Program-made: the position numbers and the translations under genes
Shown: piece after piece, positions 1-9,700 of the stretch
How the letters are laid out: every line of letters starts with the position of its first letter
Position numbering within the stretch: the stretch's first letter is position 1
Source of the DNA: Eledone cirrhosa
Lineage: Eukaryota
Reading direction: 5' to 3'
Assembly (NCBI GenBank): GCA_964016885.1
Contig: OZ024740.1
Coordinates: 39,060,001 to 39,124,000, forward strand
Length of the DNA: 64,000 bases
Notes under the pieces: model-generated
Database searches by the model: none
What the model saw: the letters and a program-made list of their open reading frames with translations, nothing else
Told to the model about the DNA's origin: nothing

Positions 1-3000
1 CATTGTAACTATATAACAGTAGTATTGTAACTATATAACAGTAGTATTGTAACTATATACCAGTAGTATTGTAACTATATAACAGTGGTATTGTAACTAT
101 AGAACAGTAGTATTGTAACTATATAGTGTAGTATTGTAACTATATAACAGTAGCATTGTACCTATTTAACAGTGGTATTGTAACTATATAACAGTAGTAT
201 TGTAACTATATAGTGTAGTATTGTAACTATATAACTGTAGTATTGTAACTATACAACAGTAGTATTGAAACTATATAAATAGTATTGTAACTATATAGTG
301 TAGCATTGTAACTATACAACAGTAGTATGGTAACTATATAACAGTAGTATTGTAACTATATAGTGTAGCATTGTAACTATACAACAGTAGTATGGTAACT
401 ATATAACAGTAGTATTGTAACTATATAACAGAAGTATTGTAACTATATAACAGTAGTATTGTAACTATATATAACAGTAGTATTGTAACTATATAGTATA
501 GTATTGTAACTATATAAGAGTAGTATTGTAACTGTACAACAGTAGTATCGTAACTATATATAACAGTAGTATTGTAACTATATAAAACAGTAGTATTGTA
601 ACTATATAGTGTAGTATTGTAACTATATAACAGTAGTATTGTAACTATATAACAGTAGTATTGTAACTATATAGTGTAGTATTGTAACTATATAACAGTA
701 GTATTGTAACTATATAACAGTAGTATTGTAACTATATAGTGTAGTATTGTAACTATATAGTGTAGTATTGTAACTATATAGTGTAGTATTGTAACTATAT
801 AACAGTAGTATTGTAACTATATAACATTAGTATTGTAACTATAAAGTGTAGTATTGTAACTATATAACAGTAGTATTGTAGCTATATAGTGTAGTATTGT
901 AACTATATAACAGTAGTATTGTAACTATATAACAGTAGTAATGTAACTATATAGTGTAGTATTGTAACTATATGCTGTAGTATTGTAACTATTTAACAGT
1001 AGTATTTTTACCTATATAAAAGTAGTATTGTAACTATATAAGAGTAGTATTGTAACTATATAGTGTAGTATTGTAACTATTTAACAGTAGTATTGTAACT
1101 ATATAACAGTAGTATTGTAACTATATAACAGTAGTATTGTAACTATATAGTATAGTATTGTAACTATATAACAGTAGTATTGTAACTATATAACAGTAGT
1201 ATTGTAACTATATAACAGTAATATTGTAACTATATATAACATTAGTATTGTAACTAAATAACAGTAGTATTGTTACTATATAACAGTAGTATTGTAACTA
1301 TATAACATTAGTATTGTAACTATATACCAGTAGTATTGTAACTATATAACAGTAGTATTGTAACTATATAACAGTAGTATTGTAACTATATAACAGTAGT
1401 ATTGTAAATATATAGTGTAGTATTGTAACTATATAACAGTAGTATTGTAACTATATAGTCTAGTATTGTAACTATATAACAGTAGTATTGTAACTATATA
1501 AGAGTAGTATTGTAACTATATAGTGTAGTATTGTAACTATATAACAGTAGTATTGTAACTATATAGTGTAGTATTGTAACTATATAACAGTAGTATTGTA
1601 ACTATATAACAGTAGTAATGTAACTATATAGTGTAGTATTGTAACTATATGACAGTAGTATTGAAACTATATAACAGTAGTATTGTAACTCTTTTACAGT
1701 AGTATTGTAACTATATAAAAGTAGTATTGTAACTATATAACAGTAGTATTGTAACTATATAACAGTAGCATTGTAACTATATAACATTAGTATTGTAACT
1801 ATATAGTGTAGTATTGTAACTATATATAACAGTAGTATTGTAACTATACAACAGTAGTATTGTAACTATATAACAGTAGTATTGTAACTATATAACAGTA
1901 GTATTGTAACTATATAACAGTAGTATTGTAACTATACAACAGTAGTATAGTAACTATACAACAGTAGTATTGTAACTATATAACAGTAGTATTGTAACTA
2001 TATAACAGTAGTATTGTAACTATATAACAGTAGTATTGTAACTATATAGTGTAGTATAGTAACTATACAACAGTAGTATTATAACTATATAGTGTAGTAT
2101 TGTAACTATATAGAGTAGTGTTGTAGCTATATAGAGTAGTATTGTAGCTATATAGTGTAGTATAGTAACTATACAACAGTAGTATTTTAACTATATAACA
2201 GTAGTATTGTAACTATATAGTGTAGTATAGTAACTATACAACAGTAGTATTGTAACTATATAGTGTAGTATTGTAACTATATAGAGTAGTATTGTAACTA
2301 TATAGAGTAGTATTGTAGCTATATAGTGTAGTATAGTAACTATACAACAGTAGTATTGTAACTATATAACAGTTGTATTGTAACTATATAACAGTAGTAT
2401 TGTAACTATATAACAGTAGTATTGTAACTATACAACAGTAGTATAGTAACTATACAACAGTAGTATTGTAACTATATAACAGTAGTATTGTAACTATATA
2501 ACAGTAGTATCGTAACTATATAACAGTAGTATTGTAACTATATAGTGTAGTATTGTAACTATATAACAGTAGTATTGTAACTATATAACAGTAGTATTGT
2601 AACTATATAACAGTAGTATTGTAACTATATAACAGTAGTATTGTAACTATATAGTGTAGTATTGTAACTATATAACAGTAGTATTGTAACTATATATAAC
2701 AGTAGTATTGTAACTATATAACAGTAGTATTGTAACTATACAACAGTAGTATAGTAACTATACAACAGTAGTATTGTAACTATATAACAGTAGTATTGTA
2801 ACTATATAACAGTAGTATTGTAACTATATAACAGTAGTAATGTAACTATATAGTGTAGTATTGTAACTATATAGTGTAGTATTGTAACTATATAGTGTAG
2901 TATTGTAACTATATAACAGTAGTATTGTAACTACATAACAGTAGTATTGTAACTATATAGTGTAGTATTGTAACTATATAACAGTAGTATTGTAACTATA

Positions 3001-4652
3001 TAACAGTAGTATTGTAACTATATAACAGTAGTATTGTAACTATATAACAGTAGTATTGTAACTATATAGAGTAGTATTGTAGCTATATAGTGTAGTATAG
3101 TAACTATATATAACAGTAGTATTGTAACTATATAACAGTATTATTTACCTATATATAATAGTAGTATTGTAACTATATAACAGTAGTATTGTAACTATAT
3201 AACAGTAGTATTGTAACTATATATAACAGTAGTATTGTAACTATATAGTGTAGTATTGTAACTATATAACAGTAGTATTGTAACTATATAACAGTAGTAA
3301 TGTAACTATATAACAGAAGCATTGTAAATATATAGTGTAGTATTGTAACTATATAACAGTAGTATTGTAACTATATAGCAGTAGTATTTTACTATATAGT
3401 AGTATTGTAACTATATATAACAGTAGTATTGTAACTATATAACAGTAGTATTGTAACTATATAACAGTAGTATTGAAACTACATAACAGTAGTATTGTAA
3501 CTATATAACAGTAGTATTGTAACTATATAACAGTAGTATTGTAACTATATAACAGTAGTAATGTAACTATATAGCAGTAGTATTTTACTATATAGTAGTA
3601 TTGTAACTATATATAACAGTAGTATTGTAACTATATAACAGTAGTATTGTAACTATATAACAGTAGTATTGAAACTACATAACAGTAGCATTGTAACTAT
3701 ATAATAGTAGTATTGTAACTATATAACAGCAGTATTGTAACTATATAACAATAGTATTGTAACTATATAACAGTAGTATTGTAACTATATAACAGTAGTA
3801 TCGTAACTATATAACAGTAGTATTGTAACTATATAACAGTAGTATTGTAACTATATAACAGTAGTATTGTAACTATATAACAGTAGTATTGTAACTATAT
3901 AGTGTAGTATAGTAACTATACAACAGTAGTATTGTAACTATATAGTGTAGTATTGTAACTATATAGAGTAGTATTGTTGCTATATAGAGTAGTATTGTAG
4001 CTATATAGTGTAGTATAGTAACTATACAACAGTAGTATTGTAACTATATAACAGTAGTATTGTAACTATATAGTGTAGTATAGTAACTATACAACAGTAG
4101 TATTGTAACTATATAGTGTAGTATTGTAACTATATAGAGTAGTATTGTAACTATATAGAGTAGTATTGTAGCTATATAGTGTAGTATAGTAACTATACAA
4201 CAGTAGTATTGTAACTATATAACAGTAGTATTGTAACTATATAACAGTAGTATAGTAACTATACAACAGTAGTATTGTAACTATATAACAGTAGTATTGT
4301 AACTATATAACAGTAGTATTGTAACTATATAACAGTAGTATTGTAACTATACAACAGTAGTATAGTAACTATACAACAGTAGTATTGTAACTATATAACA
4401 GTAGTATTGTAACTTTATAACAGTAGTATTGTAACTATATAACAGTAGTATCGTAACTATATAACAGTAGTATTGTAACTATATAGTGTAGTATTGTAAC
4501 TATATAACAGTAGTATTGTAACTATATAACAGTAGTATTGTAACTATATAACAGTAGTATTGTAACTATATAACAGTAGTATTGTAACTATATAGTGTAA
4601 TATTGTAACTATATAACAGTAGTATTGTAACTATATATAACAGTAGTATTGT
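1..4652. repeat. AT-rich 22-bp satellite array, segment 1 (continues beyond the left edge)
   Basis: Head-to-tail repeats of TTGTAACTATATAACAGTAGTA (ATTGTAAC at 2 and 24 gives period 22), with 21-bp GTG/GAG variants and 24-bp +TA variants. Confidence 0.98.
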
Positions 4653-5609
4653 GTTAAAGTTACAATGTTAAGTTTCTTTCTTGGCTTAAAAACTGTAGTG
4701 TCTACTGTGCAGACTTGCATGTGGTGTTTTTGATTAATATTCCCTCAACCAACAATATGCCTTATGAAGTTAAGAAAACATAACGATAACCCGAATGTTA
4801 TAACAAAAGAGGATGCTGGGGATAGAAACTGCACTGGTTATTTATTAACAAAGATCGAAAATGTAAACACTGCAACGCAGAGAAAAACATTAGCGTAACC
4901 AAATTATCAGTTATGTCTGTCTGCACGCCTATATCACCTCTCTGCACGACTGTCTGTCTGCACGCCTATATCACCTCTCTGCACGACTATCTGTCTGCAC
5001 GCCTATATCACCTCTCTGCACGACTGTCTGTCTGCACGCCTATATCACCTCTCTGCACGACTATCTGTCTGCACGCGTATATCACCTCTCTGCACGACTG
5101 TCTGTCTGCACGACTGTCTGTCTGCACGACTGTCTGTCTGCACGCCTAACGACGAAATATTTGCTTGTTTTACGTATTCTTTAAATAGACTTGTTTTCAA
5201 GTAAAAATATTGTTTTAAAATGCTTTTAAATGGAAATGAAGCAAAACGGAAGTTTAGTGTTCGAACTGATGAATTTTGCAGGTCAATATTTTGCTGGCTC
5301 GACAACTGTTCGTGTATTGTGTTAATGTCATTTTAAACGCTGAGAAAGCCAGCGTAATTTTTTACGTAAGACGCTCAATGTAAACAGAACAAAGGGAAAT
5401 AACTGATAACTTACGCTCAAAAATCGATACATTATATTCGATTTCGTCACATAGGGTGGGTCAATTTGAAATATTTTTTTTCCGATGTCTTCGCTAGGGC
5501 TCAATGTACAAGTATAGCAATTTCGGTGCAATTTCGTCAGAGATTCTAAGAGGAGATGTGTGCCAAAAATTGATAGACAGACAGACAACCACAGTTTTAT
5601 ATATATAGA
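4650..5609 (-). mobile_element. Non-autonomous Helitron-like element, copy A (5' end intact, 3' hairpin and CTAG missing)
   Basis: The minus strand starts TCTATATATATAAAACTGTGGTTGTCTGTCTGTCT at 5609, preceded by A. It is near-identical to 5919-6733. It lacks the terminal 41 bp seen at 5614-5654 and joins the satellite through a shared TGT (4650-4652). Confidence 0.85.
4914..5147. repeat. Internal minisatellite of copy A: 5 x 37 bp, 2 x 16 bp and a partial unit
   Basis: The unit TGTCTGTCTGCACGCCTATATCACCTCTCTGCACGAC starts at 4914, 4951, 4988, 5025 and 5062. TGTCTGTCTGCACGAC follows at 5099 and 5115, then a partial unit at 5131-5147. Confidence 0.96.
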
Positions 5610-5613
5610 TATA

Positions 5614-5641
5614 CTAGCAGTAAAGCCCGGCGTTGCTCGGG
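5614..5641 (-). other. Helitron 3' terminus: 16-nt GC-rich hairpin plus CTAG (distal)
   Basis: The minus strand reads CCCGAGCAACGCCGGG-CTTTACTG-CTAG|T. A CCCG/CGGG stem ends 12 nt from the terminus, matching the canonical Helitron hairpin plus CTRR layout. Confidence 0.88.
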
Positions 5642-5918
5642 GTCGCTCAGTAGCTGTGTTAAAGTTACAATGTTAAGTTTCTTTCTTGGCTTAAAAACTG
5701 TAGTGTCTACTGTGCAGACTTGCATGTGGTGTTTTTGATTAATATTCACTCAACCAACAATATGCCTTATGAAGTTAAGAAAACATAACGATAACCCGAA
5801 TGTTATAACAAAAGAGGATGCTGGGGATAAAAACTGCACTGGTTATTTATTAACAAAGATCGAAAATGTAAACACTGCAACGCAGAGAAAAACATTAGCG
5901 TAACCAAATTATCAGTTA
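5614..5918 (-). mobile_element. Helitron-like element, copy B: 305-bp 3'-terminal fragment with hairpin and CTAG
   Basis: CTAG at 5614-5617 and hairpin at 5626-5641. It is homologous to 5919-6220 and stops at …ATCAGTTA (5918), immediately before the T that begins the internal minisatellite in the other copies. Confidence 0.85.
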
Positions 5919-5946
5919 CTAGCAGTAAAGCCCGGCGTTGCTCGGG
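5919..5946 (-). other. Helitron 3' terminus: hairpin plus CTAG (proximal)
   Basis: Identical to 5614-5641 at an offset of 305 bp. Confidence 0.88.
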
Positions 5947-6220
5947 GTCGCTCAGTAGCTGTGTTAAAGTTACAATGTTAAGTTTCTTTTTTGGCTTAAA
6001 AACTGTAATGTCTACTGTGCAGACTTGCATGTGGTGTTTTTGATTAATATTCCCTCAACCAACAATATGCCTTATGAAGTTAAGAAAACATAACGATAAC
6101 CCGAATGTTATAACAAAAGAGGATGCTGGGGATAGAAACTGCACTGGTTATTTATTAACAAAGATCGAAAATGTAAACACTGCAACGCAGACAAAAACAG
6201 CGTAACCAAATTATCAGTTA

Positions 6221-6274
6221 TGTCTGTCTGCACGCCTATATCACCTCTCTGCACGACTGTCTGTCTACACGCCT
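6221..6274. repeat. Unexpanded internal minisatellite of copy C (1 x 37 bp and a partial unit)
   Basis: One 37-bp unit at 6221-6257, then TGTCTGTCTACACGCCT. Confidence 0.92.
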
Positions 6275-6733
6275 GAAATATTTGCTTGTTTTACGTAGTC
6301 TTTAAATAGACTTGTTTTCAAGTAAAAATATTGTTTTAAAATGCTTTTAAATGGAAATGAAGCCAAACGGAAGCTTAGTGTTCGAACTGATGAATTTTGC
6401 AGGTCAATATTTTACTGGCTCGACGACAACTGTTCGTGTATTGTGTTAATGTCATTTTAAACGCTGAGAAAGCCAGCGTAATTTTTTACGTAAGACGCTC
6501 AATGTAAACAGAACAAAGGGAAATAACTGATAACTTACGCTCAAAAATCGATACATTATATTCGATTTCGTCACATAGGGTGGGTCAATTTGAAATATTT
6601 TTCTTCCGATGTCTTCGCTAGGGTTCAATGTACAAGTATAGCAATTTCGGTGCAATTCCGTGAGAGATTCTAAGAGGAGATGTGTGCCAAAAATCGATAG
6701 ACAGACAGACAACCACAGTTTTATATATATAGA

Positions 6734-9700
6734 TTGTAACTATATATAGCAGTAGTATTTTAACTATATAGTAGTATTGCAACTATATAGTGTAGTATTG
6801 TAACTATACAGTGTATTATTGTAACTATATAACAGTAGTATTGTAACTATATAACAGTAGTATTGTAACTATATAACAGTAGTATTGTAACTATATAACA
6901 GTAGTATTGTAACTATATAACAGTAGTATCGTAACTATATGACAGTAGTATTGTAACTATATAACAGTAGTATTGTAACTATATAGTGTAGTATTGTAAA
7001 TATATAACAGTAGTATTGTAACTATATATAACAGTAGTATTGTAACTATATAACAGTAGTATTGTAACTATATAACAGTAGTATCGTAGCTATATGACAG
7101 TAGTATTGTAATTATATAACAGTAGTATTGTAACTATATAACAGTAGTATTGTAACTATATAACAGTAGTAATGTAACTATATAGTGTAGTATTGTAACT
7201 ATATAGTGTAGTATTGTAACTAAATAACAGTAGTATTGTAACTATATAACAGTGGTATTGTAACTATATAACAGTAGTATTGTAACTATATAACAGTAGT
7301 ATTGTAACTATATATAACAGTAGTATTGTAACTATATAACAGTAGTATTGTAACTAGATAAAAGTAGTATTGTAACTCTATATAACAGTAGTATTGTAAC
7401 TATATAGTGTAGTATTGTAACTATATAACAGTAGTATTGTAACTATATAGTGTACTATTGTAACTATATAACAGTAGTATTGTAACTATATAGTGTAGTA
7501 TTGTAACTATATAACAGTAGTATTGTAACTATATATAACAGTAGTATTGTAACTATATAACAGTAGTATTGGTAACTATATAACAGTAGTATTGTAACTA
7601 TATAACAGTAGTATTGTAACTATATAACAGTAGTATTGTAACTATATAGCGTAGTATTGTAACTATATAACAGTAGTATTGTAAATATATAACAGTAGTA
7701 TTGTAAATATATAACAGTAGTATTGTAACTATATAACAGTAGTATTGTAACTATATAACAGTAGCATTGTAACTATATAACAGTAGTATTGTAACTATAT
7801 AACAGTAGTATTGTAACTATATAACAGTAGTATTGTAAATATATAACAGCAGTATTGTAACTATATAACAGTAGTATTGTAACAATATAACAGTAGTATT
7901 GTAACTATATAACAGTAGTATTGTAACTATATAACAGTAGTATTGTAACTATATGACAGTAGTATTGTAACTATACAACAGTAGTATTGTAACTATATAG
8001 AGTAGTATTGTAACTATATAGAGTAGTATTGTAACTATATAGTGTAGTATTGTAACTATATAACAGTAGTATTGTATCTATATAACAGTAGTATTGTAAC
8101 TATATATAACAGTAGTATTGTAACTATATATAACAGTAGTATTGTAACTATATGACAGTAGTATTGTAACTATATATAACAGTAGTATTGTAACTATACA
8201 ACAGTAGTATTGTAACTATATAGTGTAGTATTGTAACTATATAACAGTAGTATTGTATCTATATAACAGTAGTATTGTAACTATATAACAGTAGTATTGT
8301 AACTATATAACAGTAGTATTGTAACTATATAGTGTAGTATTGTAATTATATATAACAGTAGTATTGTAACTATATAACAGTAGTATTGTAACTATATAGA
8401 GTAGTATTGTAACTATATAACAGTAGTATTGTATCTATATAACAGTAGTATTGTGACTATATATAACAGTAGTATTGTAACTATATAACAGTAGTATTGT
8501 AACTATATAGTGTAGTATTGTAACTATATAACAGTAGTATTGTATCTATATAACAGTAGTATTGTAACTATATAACAGTAGTATTGTAACTATATAACAG
8601 TAGTATTGTAACTATATAGTGTAGTATTGTAACTATATAACAGTAGTATTGTATCTATATAACAGTAGTATTGTAACTATATAACAGTAGAATTGTAACT
8701 ATATAGTGTAGTATTGTAACTATATAACAGTAGTATTGTAACTATATAACAGTAGTATCGTAACTATATGACAGTAGTATTGTAACTATATAACAGTAGT
8801 ATTGTAACTATATAACAGTAGTATTGTAACTATATAACAGTAGTATTGTAACTATATAACAGTAGTATTGTAACTATATAGTGTAGTATAGTAACTATAC
8901 AACAGTAGTATTGTAACTATATAGTGTAGTATTGTAACTATATAGAGTAGTATTGTTGCTATATAGAGTAGTATTGTAGCTATATAGTGTAGTATAGTAA
9001 CTATACAACAGTAGTATTGTAACTATATAACAGTAGTATTGTAACTATATAGTGTAGTATAGTAACTATACAACAGTAGTATTGTAACTATATAGTGTAG
9101 TATTGTAACTATATAGAGTAGTATTGTAACTATATAGAGTAGTATTGTAGCTATATAGTGTAGTATAGTAACTATACAACAGTAGTATTGTAACTATATA
9201 ACAGTAGTATTGTAACTATATAACAGTAGTATTGTAACTATATAACAGTAGTATTGTAACTATATAAAAGTAGTATTGTAACTATACAACAGTAGTATAG
9301 TAACTATACAACAGTAGTATTGTAACTATATAACAGTAGTATTGTAACTATATAACAGTAGTATAGTAACTATACAACAGTAGTATTGTAACTATATAAC
9401 AGTAGTATTGTAACTATATAACAGTAGTATTGTAACTATATAGTGTAGTATAGTAACTATACAACAGTAGTATTGTAACTATATAGTGTAGTATTGTAAC
9501 TATATAGAGTAGTATTGTTGCTATATAGAGTAGTATTGTAGCTATATAGTGTAGTATAGTAACTATACAACAGTAGTATTGTAACTATATAACAGTAGTA
9601 TTGTAACTATATAGTGTAGTATAGTAACTATACAACAGTAGTATTGTAACTATATAGTGTAGTATTGTAACTATATAGAGTAGTATTGTAACTATATAGA

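Larger units (their letters stand above)
5919..6733 (-). mobile_element. Full-length 815-bp non-autonomous Helitron-like element, copy C
   Basis: 5' TC at 6733-6732, subterminal (GTCT)n near 6700-6711, 3' hairpin at 5931-5946 and CTAG at 5919-5922. It is flanked by A (5918) and T (6734), with no terminal inverted repeats and no Rep/helicase ORF. Confidence 0.9.

Noticed and set aside
4913-5149. Repetitive Cys/His-rich ORFs (4913-5149, 13219-13425, 14883-15206)
   Set aside because: They are translations of the 37/16-bp minisatellite. The unit lengths are not multiples of 3, the ends differ between copies, and the frame is not preserved in copy C.
5626-5641. Rho-independent terminator or tRNA/SINE-derived structure
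   Set aside because: The position 12 nt from a terminal CTAG fits a Helitron end. I recognised no cloverleaf or A/B boxes, and the context is not prokaryotic.
5045-6712. Minus-strand ORFs of 75-109 aa (5045-5305, 5328-5588, 5803-6030, 6452-6712, and 14978-15307)
   Set aside because: They are short, mostly begin at non-ATG codons, and show no recognisable HUH-Rep or helicase motifs. One crosses the B/C junction. They recur only because the element is repeated.
4649-6737. Apparent TTGT target-site duplication around the 4653-6733 cluster
   Set aside because: TTGT occurs in every monomer, TGT is also element sequence, the left end is truncated, and Helitrons make no TSD.
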